Positions 1-10,391 of a stretch of DNA of 64,000 bases are shown one piece after another. The DNA comes from Actinomycetes bacterium. Its GTDB lineage: Bacteria; Actinomycetota; Acidimicrobiia; Acidimicrobiales; Bog-793. The notes under the pieces were generated by a model, which was not told where the DNA came from, did no database searches, and worked only from the letters and a program-made list of their open reading frames with translations. Each line of letters opens with the position of its first letter. Positions within the stretch are counted from its first letter, which is position 1. Position numbers and translations under genes: made by a program. The stretch spans positions 338 to 64,337 of the forward strand of contig JAKBPI010000005.1 in NCBI GenBank assembly GCA_021829645.1, in the 5' to 3' direction.

Positions 1-742
1 CCTTCCGAACTCTCGGATGAGAGATATACATATGACAACAGGTTACCTGACTCAGTTGCTATATACGGGCAAAGAACTGCCTCCCGGGTTCGGCAAAGAT
101 GTAAACGACTGAATAGCCGGCTGGCGGGAATCTTTCCCAACGAGATAAGCTTTATATCCACGCGAAGACAAGTTCAATCTTGATCACAACCGAACTCACA
201 TCGCCGAACAAATCTTTACCTATTCTACAGACCAACTCCATTTTCTACTCTTTTGGCAGCAGGCCGTTTGGAATGAGCCGGTTGATCTAGACTTAGCTAC
301 TGGAAAGTATGCACAAAAACTGTTTGCATCGTAAATAATCTCTCTAAGTATTCTGCGAAACAATGATATTACCCAAAAGTGATTCCGGTATCACACCTAA
401 CTTGGCGGTTCCAATTATATCTTATGAGAAAATTTTATATCTTCGGTTATAAAAACTGCTGTCAATACTCTAAGAAAATGCCTGTTAGAGAAGGTCGTTA
501 TGGGTTTTCACAGCCTTTCGATGACCTCTGTATCTAACCGGAAAAGAAAGAAAGAAGGACCGGGAGCTCATTATTAATTTGTTTTCTTTTTTTAGTTCTT
601 ATCCGACTTTTGCACTCTGTGATAAACACTCAATAACCAAATGATGTCAAAGTCGGAATGTAACTTGGTAATGTGACAACCAACCATTATTATAAGTTTG
701 TTGTGTCGAGTCTGATGTCACAGATGAGTAGACTGCCTTTAT

Positions 743-1480
743 ATGCCCCAAACAAAAATTGTTTTTATTCACGGTTTTACTCAAACGGCCAAATCCTACG
801 CAACTTTCAAAAAAAGCTATGGAAAGCTTTGGGAAACGGCAGAGCTGCCCGGACACGGAAAAGCCAAACCACTGAGCAGTGAGGAGACTGGGAAAGCGGC
901 AGTCGCACGCTTAGTAAAAAAATATAAAAGAGCGGTCTACGGTGGCTACTCCATGGGGGCAAGACTCGCTATGCGCACGGCTCTTGAATATCCGGGGGTA
1001 ACAGCCGGACTTATTCTGGTAAGTGCCACCGCCGGAATTAGGGACCCCAAAGAAAGAGAATCCAGGCGCCTAAGTGACGAGATGTTAGCAAAGCGCATAA
1101 GACACAGTGAGCCGGAAGAATTTCTTCGGGAATGGCTCTCTTTGCCGATGTTCGCCAACCTTTCGCCAGAGCAGGCCAACGTAGAGGCAAGACTGGCTTA
1201 CGACAGAAACAACCTGGCAGACACTTTGCTAAAACTCAGTCCGGGAGTAGAAGAACCCATGTGGGAACTGCTTCCACTTCTATCCCTTCACGCCATACCC
1301 GTTCTCATCCTTGCCGGGGCAAAAGACAAAAAATACTGCAAAATAGCGTATGAACTAAAAGGTGTTATCGGCGATCTGGCTGAGCTTCACATCATCGAAA
1401 ACTGCGGACACGCTGTGCTGGCAGAAAAACCCGATGAGGCTTTGGCTCATATAAAATTATTTACAGCAAAATGCCGATGA
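743..1480 (+). CDS. alpha/beta-fold hydrolase, MenH-like (candidate SHCHC synthase)
   Basis: 245-aa ORF with an N-terminal IHGF motif, nucleophile elbow GYSMGA and C-terminal CGH. It lies next to menA/menB/menE. Confidence 0.6.
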   Translation: MPQTKIVFIHGFTQTAKSYATFKKSYGKLWETAELPGHGKAKPLSSEETGKAAVARLVKKYKRAVYGGYSMGARLAMRTALEYPGVTAGLILVSATAGIRDPKERESRRLSDEMLAKRIRHSEPEEFLREWLSLPMFANLSPEQANVEARLAYDRNNLADTLLKLSPGVEEPMWELLPLLSLHAIPVLILAGAKDKKYCKIAYELKGVIGDLAELHIIENCGHAVLAEKPDEALAHIKLFTAKCR

Positions 1481-2327
1481 CCATAAGAAGCCCAAAGACC
1501 AGCTGCAACCTGCCGGTATCCACCAACACCGCTATCAGGTCGCCCTTGCTCGCCCCCGCCAGTACTTTCTTCACCGGCACAACCGCCAAAGGTAAAGCCA
1601 GAAAAATATCCAAAACACCGGGTTTGTAAAACGCCATTACCGCAGCCAATATAAAGGCTGCAGCCAATATAAATATATATAAATACCTGCTATTTTTATC
1701 CCCGAGCAAAACTGCAAGAGTGTTTTTAGAGGATTTTTTATCGCCTTCGATATCGCGAATATTGTTTATCATCAACAGGTCAACGGCCAGCAATCCCACC
1801 GGGATGGACGCCAAAAAAGATAGAGGGATCAATTTGTCAAGTGCAGCATAAGCAGTACCCACAACGGCAACCAAACCAAAAAAGACAAATACGAATACTT
1901 CCCCCAGGGCCATATAGCCGTAAGGTTTTGGACCACCGGTATAGAGCCATCCGGCCAAAATGCATAAAGCCCCCACCAAAATAAGCCACGGGGAAGTCCT
2001 AAGGGCAATAATCAGTCCAGCCAGAGCAGTAATCGCAAATGAGGTATAGGCAGCGTATTTAACGGAACGCGGACTGGCCAAACCGCTTGCTACCAGTCTG
2101 GTAGGACCCACTCTTGCCTCATCAGTGCCACGAATACCGTCCGAGTAATCGTTGGCGTAATTTGTCCCTATCTGCACACTCAGCGCTACTATAAAAGCAA
2201 GGCAGGAATTGAGCGGGTTGATACTGCCCTTGCTCCCAGCCACCGCCAGCCCTACCGCCACCGGCACCAAAGCAGCCGGTAAAGTTTTCGGTCGGGCCGC
2301 CTGGGCAAAATCAGATAATGTTGCCAC
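1461..2327 (-). CDS. menA: 1,4-dihydroxy-2-naphthoate polyprenyltransferase
   Basis: 288-aa polytopic ORF with UbiA-family Asp-rich motif NDYSDGIRGTD. It abuts menB. Confidence 0.88.
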   Translation of the reverse strand: MATLSDFAQAARPKTLPAALVPVAVGLAVAGSKGSINPLNSCLAFIVALSVQIGTNYANDYSDGIRGTDEARVGPTRLVASGLASPRSVKYAAYTSFAITALAGLIIALRTSPWLILVGALCILAGWLYTGGPKPYGYMALGEVFVFVFFGLVAVVGTAYAALDKLIPLSFLASIPVGLLAVDLLMINNIRDIEGDKKSSKNTLAVLLGDKNSRYLYIFILAAAFILAAVMAFYKPGVLDIFLALPLAVVPVKKVLAGASKGDLIAVLVDTGRLQLVFGLLMVIGILL

Positions 2328-3205
2328 TACGGCCTGCTGGGAAATCGTGAAAAATCGGGGTTTCTTTTTTCAACATATGCATTACGGCCTTCTTGAGCTT
2401 CTTCGCTCATATAAAACAGCAAGGTAGCATCTCCGGCAAGCTGCTGCACCCCGGCCAGACCTTCGTCAGCTGCGTTGAAACCGGCTTTGATCAGACGCAG
2501 TGCCAGCGGCGAGAGCCTGAGCATTTCCCGACACCAAGCGACTGTTTCTGTCTCCAAATCCCCCAATGGCACCACCGTGTTGACCAGTCCCATCTCCAGT
2601 GCCTCCCGGGCGTCGTATTGGCGACACAGAAACCAGATTTCTTTTGCTTTTTTTAACCCTATTGTGCGGGCCAGTAGACCGGCTCCGTAACCGGCATCAA
2701 AACTGCCCACCCTGGGACCGGTTTGTCCAAAGCGCGCATTATCGGCAGCTATTGTGAGATCACAGACAAGGTGCAGCACATGACCGCCCCCTATGGCATA
2801 ACCGGCCACCATGGCGACGACAGGTTTTGGCAACCTGCGAATTTGGATCTGCAGATCCAAGACGTTCAACCTTCCCACGCCTTTTTTAGCCAGAGAATCA
2901 TCTCCGATATAACCGTCTTCACCGCGTATCTTTTGATCGCCTCCAGAAGAAAATGCCAGATCTCCTTCGCCCGTCAAAATCACGACACCTATATCGGGGT
3001 CGTCTCTTGCGATGGAAAACGCCTCCGACAGCTCTGCTATGGTTTGTGGCCTAAAAGCATTACGGACTTCCGGCCTACAAATGGTTATCTTTGCGATCCG
3101 TTCGGCTGTTTCAAGTCTGATATCTGTGTAATTCGCAACTTCTTGCCAATTAGGAATTGTGCTGTGATCCGCCATGTCTTTAACTGTATCTTTTTTATCC
3201 TCCAA
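2327..3205 (-). CDS. menB: 1,4-dihydroxy-2-naphthoyl-CoA synthase
   Basis: 292-aa crotonase-fold ORF with a MenB-like sequence throughout ([17 protein letters not shown]-terminal [10 protein letters not shown]). Confidence 0.93.
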   Translation of the reverse strand: MEDKKDTVKDMADHSTIPNWQEVANYTDIRLETAERIAKITICRPEVRNAFRPQTIAELSEAFSIARDDPDIGVVILTGEGDLAFSSGGDQKIRGEDGYIGDDSLAKKGVGRLNVLDLQIQIRRLPKPVVAMVAGYAIGGGHVLHLVCDLTIAADNARFGQTGPRVGSFDAGYGAGLLARTIGLKKAKEIWFLCRQYDAREALEMGLVNTVVPLGDLETETVAWCREMLRLSPLALRLIKAGFNAADEGLAGVQQLAGDATLLFYMSEEAQEGRNAYVEKRNPDFSRFPSRP

Positions 3206-3280
3206 AAAAGACGTTATGAAAACGTAAAAGCTATTTTTTACCTAGCCCGTCACAAAGCAAAGGGAAGATACAATATAGCC

Positions 3281-4555
3281 ATGCAGAAATTGGTCGCCAT
3301 AGACTTGCCCGGTGGAGAACAATTCAGTCTTATAACTAAAAAGTGCTTTGAACACAACGACGCAGTCTTGCCATTGGATCAGCGGCTGTCACAAACGGCA
3401 AAAGAAAACCTTGTCAAGCTCTTCCGTCCTCATTGCATTGTGAGCTATCCGGGTAAAAAAAACCCCTTCGACTCCACCGGGTCAACTTTTCCCGAACACC
3501 AATCGGGCAACTGCTCCCTTAGAGATGCGGAAACGATTAATCTCGCTGACGGCGTGACGATGCAAGAGGGAGACGCCTTAGTTATGCCTACATCCGGGAC
3601 AACGGGGATACCAAAAGGCGTTGTCTTGACTCTTGAAGCCCTGCAGGCTTCCGCAGCCGCCACCAACGAGTACCTAAACGTCAATACTTCTTCCGACAAG
3701 TGGCTGTGTTGTCTGCCACTCGGTCACATAGGAGGATTTTCCGTTATGACAAGAGGTATCCTTACCTCAACTCCTACTGTGATTATTCCCAAATTTGAAA
3801 CGAAAACTGTTTTAGAATTGATAGAGCGGGAACACGTAACACTGACTTCTTTAGTGACAACCACTCTCAACATGCTGGGTGAAAATGCAAGCCTGCTGAG
3901 AAAAATTTTACTTGGAGGATCCAAAGCCCCAGAAAATACCCCTGACAACGTCGTCAAAACCTATGGGATGACAGAAACAGCCAGTGGGGTCGTATATGAC
4001 GGTAACATCTTAAGCGGGATGGAGATCGCCTTTAGAGATCCCGGCAACCAACTGTCTGCCCCCGACAAAACACTCCCCGAGGGAGAAATCTGCCTGAGAG
4101 GAAAAATGCTCTTCAGGAACTACAGATTGGCAGCAGAAGACCCCAAAATAAACGGCTGGTTCCCCACGGGTGATGCCGGACGTTTGAATAAAGAAGGCAG
4201 ATTGGAGGTGGACGGCCGCATTGCGGAAATGATTATCACCGGAGGAGAAAATGTATGGCCGTCACAGGTGGAAAATATCATCTCCAAAGCCAAGAATGTA
4301 TCAGAGGTAGTGGTAACCGGTCTGGATGATGAGAAATGGGGACAAAAGGTTGTGGCATTCATCGTTCCCATAGACAGAGGGGCGATACTTGAAACGGCAA
4401 AAATCAATGAAACGATCAAAGAGACTATAGGCCCGTGGGCAGTACCAAAAGATTTCTACCTCATGAATGAAATACCCAAAACGGCGATAGGCAAACCTAT
4501 CAAATCTCAACTACTAAAAGAAATGCACCATGCAGAACTACCGGCTAAGTTTTAG
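3281..4555 (+). CDS. menE: O-succinylbenzoate-CoA ligase (adenylate-forming enzyme)
   Basis: AMP-binding motif TSGTTGIPKG, plus YGMTET and a C-terminal GKP-K. I place the start at ATG 3281 (MQKLVAIDLPGG) because the first 186 codons of track ORF 2723..4555 run antisense to menB. Confidence 0.82.
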   Translation: MQKLVAIDLPGGEQFSLITKKCFEHNDAVLPLDQRLSQTAKENLVKLFRPHCIVSYPGKKNPFDSTGSTFPEHQSGNCSLRDAETINLADGVTMQEGDALVMPTSGTTGIPKGVVLTLEALQASAAATNEYLNVNTSSDKWLCCLPLGHIGGFSVMTRGILTSTPTVIIPKFETKTVLELIEREHVTLTSLVTTTLNMLGENASLLRKILLGGSKAPENTPDNVVKTYGMTETASGVVYDGNILSGMEIAFRDPGNQLSAPDKTLPEGEICLRGKMLFRNYRLAAEDPKINGWFPTGDAGRLNKEGRLEVDGRIAEMIITGGENVWPSQVENIISKAKNVSEVVVTGLDDEKWGQKVVAFIVPIDRGAILETAKINETIKETIGPWAVPKDFYLMNEIPKTAIGKPIKSQLLKEMHHAELPAKF

Positions 4556-4796
4556 CTTACCTAACTCATCAACAATTGTGTTATATGACAATTAAGTAAT
4601 TTGACACCTGTAGTATTTGACACAGGATGATCTCTTGGCTGTCCTAACTCTTTTACAGCTAAAAATAATCTCCCGCAAACTTTCTCAAAGCAACACTGGT
4701 ACTCAGGCAAAGGGGTCGCTCATTCGGACACAGACGGCAGTCCAACCTGATAGTGTAGATAGCAAAGCATGATTTATATACTTATAAAAATAAAAA

Positions 4797-5597
4797 ATGA
4801 CATCTAAAGCTACTTACGAAATAGAAGGAGGCGTTGCGAGTTATCGCGCGACAACTTCCGTTGCCGCATACGACAACCGCATAACGTGTGTAACACTTTT
4901 TCACTCTCCTTCCGAATGGATAGGTGTAGACATAGAAGCGGGGGCCTTTTTAAGAAATTCCAGGCATCTGCGATTTTCAGAAGTGCCGACGACAAAGCCG
5001 CTATCGACGAAGAAGAGAAAAGACCGTAAAGCAAGCAAAGCCGGTGAAACACAGCATGTAGCGGCAATCAAACAATTTTCCATTGTCGTATTACACAACA
5101 CGTCCAAGCCTTTTGCCATTGATCCTTCAAGGCCCGAATCAATAGGAGCATTGGATTCCATATCGCTAATAGGGCAGCTGACTTATAAGAAAATAAAACA
5201 GCTTCTCAGGACAATGGAGCTCAAAGCACCTTCTTCGGGAAAAATATTGGGCAATTTTGGACCATCCGTAGCATTCATGGACCTAGAAGCCACAGAGCCT
5301 TCTGTAGCACTTCTCAACATAACCAAATCTCAAATGGAAATAACGGATTCAGAAGATAAAGGGGTGGTGTGTATCTTTGAGTGGGGTAATACCATCCAAG
5401 TGCTTCCGCTCGCCGATGCCAAATGCCGTAAGTTGCTGTCGGCTTCAGAAAAGCAAGTTCTGTCCAAAAAAGAACTGGGTAAGTTGTTGGGACACAAAAT
5501 TACTCATGTTCTCGTTGGCCTCTATCAAGTGCAAAACGGCCACGTGCCGAAAGTAGCGATGGGCCTTGTGGGCCCCATGAAGCAAAAGACACCCTAA
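4797..5597 (+). CDS. hypothetical protein
   Basis: 266-aa ORF with no recognisable motif and a Lys/Arg-rich internal linker (KKRKDRKASK). It is convergent with the next gene. Confidence 0.5.
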   Translation: MTSKATYEIEGGVASYRATTSVAAYDNRITCVTLFHSPSEWIGVDIEAGAFLRNSRHLRFSEVPTTKPLSTKKRKDRKASKAGETQHVAAIKQFSIVVLHNTSKPFAIDPSRPESIGALDSISLIGQLTYKKIKQLLRTMELKAPSSGKILGNFGPSVAFMDLEATEPSVALLNITKSQMEITDSEDKGVVCIFEWGNTIQVLPLADAKCRKLLSASEKQVLSKKELGKLLGHKITHVLVGLYQVQNGHVPKVAMGLVGPMKQKTP

Positions 5598-5647
5598 TAA
5601 AACTTTAGCTTTTCTGCCTCAGGTCGCTATATAGTTTCCAACGTCAC

Positions 5648-6325
5648 TCAACGTCCGGGAAGAGCCCCTTCGGCTAAATCTTCTGCCATAGCCCATCCGA
5701 AACAAATCACACAGTCGAACCTGGAGGTATCAACTTCTTCAAATACAGACCTATAGGCTTGCGTCTCTGCACTTACGGGGCGATCGATCGGAGCATAATC
5801 AAAAACCGTCACAGGAGAAGAATCCCCTTCCACCACAAACGTTTTATCATCAATTCTGGAATCGAGAGAAAACCTTTTGGCAATTCTTCTCCCCCAAGCC
5901 CTTTGCTCTCCGGTCGGCTTATACCCATGTCTGGGAACCACATCCTGCAAACCGCTATAGGCCTGACGGTTCAGGTAAGAGGTCATTTTTGTACATACCA
6001 ATACGTCTTCGTCGGGAAAAGCCAGAAAAACGCGTCTATATAAATCGGACATCAAAAGATTCATCACTTCTTCGGCGTCAGCGCCTCTGATAAAAGATGC
6101 CGCCGGTATCAAAAGGGCAGGAGTTCCTCCTATCCTCTCCAAAGAAGCAAAAGCAAACCCCATAAGTCTGTTTTCCGAAAAAACAGAAGTCACCAAGACC
6201 CATTCATCTTTTAGCTTGGAAAGTACACCGACCTCCCAGCCGGTTTCGTTGATTGCCGATATATCGGCCATTTCTACGAGCTCGGAATCATTTAAAGCTG
6301 TGCAGTCTTTGGTAACAACATTCAT
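5648..6325 (-). CDS. hypothetical protein
   Basis: Track ORF is 5648..6394. An internal ATG at 6325 (MNVVTKD) follows an AAAGG Shine-Dalgarno-like site. No family recognised. Confidence 0.5.
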   Translation of the reverse strand: MNVVTKDCTALNDSELVEMADISAINETGWEVGVLSKLKDEWVLVTSVFSENRLMGFAFASLERIGGTPALLIPAASFIRGADAEEVMNLLMSDLYRRVFLAFPDEDVLVCTKMTSYLNRQAYSGLQDVVPRHGYKPTGEQRAWGRRIAKRFSLDSRIDDKTFVVEGDSSPVTVFDYAPIDRPVSAETQAYRSVFEEVDTSRFDCVICFGWAMAEDLAEGALPGR

Positions 6326-6613
6326 CGTGCTTATGCCTTTACTCCGTTCATATCTTGTCGAGAAAACCTTTGGTTTTATCAGACCTGTAATCAAGTCGAC
6401 ACATTGGCAACCAAACGATCTAGCTCATCGAAACTATCCAAAATAATTCTAATACAACGGCCTTTACTCAACAAACGACACAACTAACATTTCCAGCTTA
6501 GCTGTTCAAAACGCTCTGTGCTAGCTGTTAGGATTTTTGTAACACAGAAGCCATCAAAAACCCATATCTCCTCGTCAAGCCTCACATCGGTATCGGCAAG
6601 TGCTGGCCGACAA

Positions 6614-9600
6614 TCACCATATGGTGTCGGTAATGGCGTTTGCACCCAGCAATTCTTTGATACCGGCCAAGAAACCGCTGCTGGGGTCCACCGTAAAATC
6701 GTTTGTCAAACGTAATACTTTCTCTCCAAGTAAAAGTAGTACAGGAGAATCCCCTGGATAATCAGCGATAAGGGTTTTAAGTTCTGCAATGGTTTTTTCG
6801 GTAGCATTACGTATAGGTAGGTTAATCTTCACAGGGAAAGCGTCTCCGACGTGAAATTCCGGTCTGACAACATCTTGACAAACCAGTTTCAAGGTATCAT
6901 CACGCAGGTCAGCCCGTCCCTTTACAACTACGATTCTGTCTTCTTCCAGCTTTGTACCTACTTCTGCCATGGCTTTTGGAAAGACGAATACATCCAACGC
7001 CGAATCCAAATCTTCCAAAGTGAAGGTGGCCATGAAATCGCCTTTTTTGGTGTAACGTCTGGAAAGTGCCGTTACAACACCGCCCAAGCGGACATAGCTA
7101 TTGGCTGAAGAGTCTTCAGAGGGTACAAAATTCTCATTCTCTTCCGAGAGGGAGTTTTTTTCTACGAACTCTCTTATACCCATGTCCGTCAGTTTGCTTA
7201 GCTGATTTTCAAATCCCTTCAAAGGATGGTCACTCACATAAAGACCCAGCATCTCTTTTTCAAAAGTCAGCTTTTCTGATTTAGAAAATTCCACATCCGC
7301 AATACTTCCCCGCAGGGCGTCATGTGTGGCGGACGATTCAAAACCCGTTTCTGCTGTCGCCATATCTTCAAAAAGTGAAAAAAGAGTGGCCACACCCTGT
7401 TTTTCTTCCCTGCGCTTCTGCAGTGCTTTCTCAATAATGTCTTCGTAGCCCAGTAAAAGGCCTTTCCTGGGATGTCCCATGGCGTCAAATGCCCCGGCTT
7501 TAATCAATGACTCTACTGCCCGCTTGTTCAACACAGAAGGATCAACCCTATTGCAAAAGTCGTAGAAGTCCCGGAAAGTATCTTTCTGTCTCTCGTCTAG
7601 AATCTGCTGCACCACTCCTTGTCCGACGTTTCTGATGGCACTCAGTCCAAAGACAATGGCTTTTCTATCCCTCTGTGATCCCGATTCCTGCTTTTTTGCA
7701 GGCACATAAGGAGAAAAGTCCGACGTAGAAGTATTGACGTCCGGCACCAAAACCTCTATTTGCATAGTGCGACATTCCGCTAAATAAACAGCCATTTTGT
7801 CCTTGTCGTCCTTGACAGAAGATAAAAGTGCCGCTAAATATTCCACTGGATAGTTGGCTTTCAGCCAAGCGGTTTGATACGACACCAAGCCATACCCGTA
7901 AGCGTGTGATTTGTTGAATGCGTAATTGGCAAAAGGCTCTATGATGTCAAATATTTTTGTACCCAAATCTTTGCCATATCCGGTGGCAACACAGCCGTCA
8001 ACAAATTTTTGACGCTCTTTAGCGATAAGGTCCCTGTTTTTCTTGCCGCAAGCTTTTCGCAAATTATCGGCTTCAGCCAAAGAATACCCGGCAAAACGCT
8101 GGGCTACACGCATCATGGATTCCTGATAAATCATCAGACCGTATTCGGGAAGAATTTCTTTCAGGTCATGATGCAGGTACTCTATGGGCTTTCTGCCGTT
8201 TTTTCTGTCCGCATAGTCCTTGTGCATATTAGCCGCCATGGGGCCGGGTCGATAGAGTGCTACCAGGGCGGCAACGTCGTCAAAGCAGGTAGGTGCCAGA
8301 GATCGCATCAACGATCGCATCGCCGTACCCTCCAACTGAAATACCCCTATAGAATCTCCCCGCCTCAACATCTCATAAGTTGCTTCGTCATCCAAAGCAA
8401 TATTGTCGATGTCAGGTTTTGTCCCCCTTGTTTGCTCTATAAGCTTCAATGCCACGTCGATAACGGATAAATTCCTAAGCCCCAAAAAGTCCATTTTTAA
8501 AAGCCCAAGACGCTCCACACCCGTCATTTCGTACTGCGTAACAATAGGAGCGTTTTCCGGATCCCCGTTTGGTTCCGGTTTTCTCTGGATCGGCAGATAC
8601 TCGGTCAATGGCTCATTAGTAATCACGACCGCAGCAGCGTGAATACCGTCCTGTCGCCTCAACCCTTCTAGACCTTTGGCTACGTCTATCACTCTTTTGG
8701 CTTCCGGATCCTGTTCATACATTTCTCTCAGGGAAGCCGCTCCCTTATAGCCGTCTTCATGTTTTTCGTCAAGTTCCAGACAAGCTGACAGCGGGGTATC
8801 TCTGCCCATCACAACAGGGGGCATTGCCTTTGCTATCCTGTCCCCAAGAATATAAGGGTAACCCAACACCCTGGCAGCATCTCTCACTGCGGCACGGGCT
8901 TTGATCGTTGAAAAAGTGACTATCTGCGCTACTCTGTCCCATCCGTAACGTTCTGAAGCATAAGCGATCATATCGGAACGGTAACGTTCATCGAAGTCCA
9001 TATCGATATCGGGCATGGACTTACGCCCCGGATTCAAAAAGCGTTCAAAAATAAGTCCATACCGAATAGGATCTATATTGACGATCTTGAGACAGTAAGC
9101 CACACAGCATCCGGCCGCCGAACCTCTCCCCGGACCAACCCTGATACCCTTGCTTACGGCAAAACGGATCAAGTCCGCCACAACTAGAAAATAGGCACTA
9201 AAACCCATTTTAGCGATGACGTCCAATTCGTAATCAAGGCGTTCTTTTACCTCTTCGACGAGAGGTTGTGAATACCTTTCATACGCCCCTTCATAAGTCA
9301 AGTGTTTCAGATAGGCAGCAGAAGACTCTTCGTAAGTGGACTTTTGAAATTCAGGTGGTACCTCAAACTGCGGCAAAGTCGGTACACCCGGTTCGATCTC
9401 GACACTGGCCCGCTCGGCTATCCAAAGAGTGTTGTCACAGGCATCCGGGTAGTCTGCGAAAAGTTCTCTCATCTCGACAGCCGTCTTCAGATAGTGCTCT
9501 TCTCCGTCGAAGTGAAACCTGTTGGGATCAGTTATGGTTGCACCGGTTTGGACGCACAGCAATGCGTCATGTGCCACAGAATCAGAACGCTTGCAATAGT

Positions 9601-10267
9601 GACTGTCATTGGTGGCGATAATGGGTGCATTTACTTCCCTGGCGATTTTGATCAAATCCGGATTGGTCCGCTTTTGCTCAGCAAGGCCATGATCCTGCAA
9701 TTCTACAAAAAGACTTTCTTTACCAAAAATATCTTGTAGTTTTACGGCCGTATCTCTGGCTTGCGGATAATTGCCGGCCAACAAAGCCTGATTGACCAAC
9801 CCGCCCAGACATCCCGTAAGGGCGATCAAACCTTCATGATACTTTTCCAGTAACTCAAAATCCACACGGGGTTTGTAATAGTAGCCTTCTAAAAAAGCAG
9901 TGGAAGACAATTTGATCAGATTTTTATAGCCCTCAGTATTTTCAGCCAACAGAGTCAGGTGATAGTAAAGCTTTTCACCCCGCTCCCCGTCTCCCCCTGT
10001 ATCGTCTATTTTACCTTTCCGAGTCGGTCTTTCCAATCTAGAATTGGCCGCCATATAAGCTTCTATGCCGACTATGGGAGATACTCCGTGAGCTTTACAG
10101 GTATCATAAAAATCAAGTACGCCATACATATTGCCATGGTCGGTTATGGCTATAGCCGGCTGCTTGTCTTGTTTGGCCAACTTCACCAAATCATTTACTC
10201 GAGCAGCTCCGTCCAACATGGAGTATTCGGTATGGGTATGCAGATGCACAAACGAGGGTGAAGTCAT
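6614..10267 (-). CDS. dnaE: DNA polymerase III alpha subunit
   Basis: About 1217 aa with PHP-domain motif FVHLHTHTEYSMLDGA and DnaE-like sequence throughout. ATG 10267 is preceded by AAAGG. The track start at 10282 is also possible. Confidence 0.96.
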   Translation of the reverse strand: MTSPSFVHLHTHTEYSMLDGAARVNDLVKLAKQDKQPAIAITDHGNMYGVLDFYDTCKAHGVSPIVGIEAYMAANSRLERPTRKGKIDDTGGDGERGEKLYYHLTLLAENTEGYKNLIKLSSTAFLEGYYYKPRVDFELLEKYHEGLIALTGCLGGLVNQALLAGNYPQARDTAVKLQDIFGKESLFVELQDHGLAEQKRTNPDLIKIAREVNAPIIATNDSHYCKRSDSVAHDALLCVQTGATITDPNRFHFDGEEHYLKTAVEMRELFADYPDACDNTLWIAERASVEIEPGVPTLPQFEVPPEFQKSTYEESSAAYLKHLTYEGAYERYSQPLVEEVKERLDYELDVIAKMGFSAYFLVVADLIRFAVSKGIRVGPGRGSAAGCCVAYCLKIVNIDPIRYGLIFERFLNPGRKSMPDIDMDFDERYRSDMIAYASERYGWDRVAQIVTFSTIKARAAVRDAARVLGYPYILGDRIAKAMPPVVMGRDTPLSACLELDEKHEDGYKGAASLREMYEQDPEAKRVIDVAKGLEGLRRQDGIHAAAVVITNEPLTEYLPIQRKPEPNGDPENAPIVTQYEMTGVERLGLLKMDFLGLRNLSVIDVALKLIEQTRGTKPDIDNIALDDEATYEMLRRGDSIGVFQLEGTAMRSLMRSLAPTCFDDVAALVALYRPGPMAANMHKDYADRKNGRKPIEYLHHDLKEILPEYGLMIYQESMMRVAQRFAGYSLAEADNLRKACGKKNRDLIAKERQKFVDGCVATGYGKDLGTKIFDIIEPFANYAFNKSHAYGYGLVSYQTAWLKANYPVEYLAALLSSVKDDKDKMAVYLAECRTMQIEVLVPDVNTSTSDFSPYVPAKKQESGSQRDRKAIVFGLSAIRNVGQGVVQQILDERQKDTFRDFYDFCNRVDPSVLNKRAVESLIKAGAFDAMGHPRKGLLLGYEDIIEKALQKRREEKQGVATLFSLFEDMATAETGFESSATHDALRGSIADVEFSKSEKLTFEKEMLGLYVSDHPLKGFENQLSKLTDMGIREFVEKNSLSEENENFVPSEDSSANSYVRLGGVVTALSRRYTKKGDFMATFTLEDLDSALDVFVFPKAMAEVGTKLEEDRIVVVKGRADLRDDTLKLVCQDVVRPEFHVGDAFPVKINLPIRNATEKTIAELKTLIADYPGDSPVLLLLGEKVLRLTNDFTVDPSSGFLAGIKELLGANAITDTIW

Positions 10268-10391
10268 ATGAACCTTTTCCATTCAGGCTTCAGATCCAAA
10301 AAATCGCCCGATTTTACTTGACAAACAGACAACATCACACTTACAACTCCATAAACGCAAAAACTGACGACGATTTTCTTTAAGAGAGGAT

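Noticed and set aside
1-180. A possible IS256-family transposase C-terminal remnant (..RLNSRLAGIFPNEISFI..).
   Set aside because: Only a very short, gapped resemblance from memory. There are no inverted repeats or further transposase-like sequence in the adjacent frames. The evidence is insufficient for a mobile-element call.
2723-3280. The 5' part of the 610-aa track ORF 2723..4555 on the + strand.
   Set aside because: It runs antisense to the well-supported menB gene and has no adenylate-forming-enzyme similarity. MenE-like sequence begins only at the ATG at 3281.
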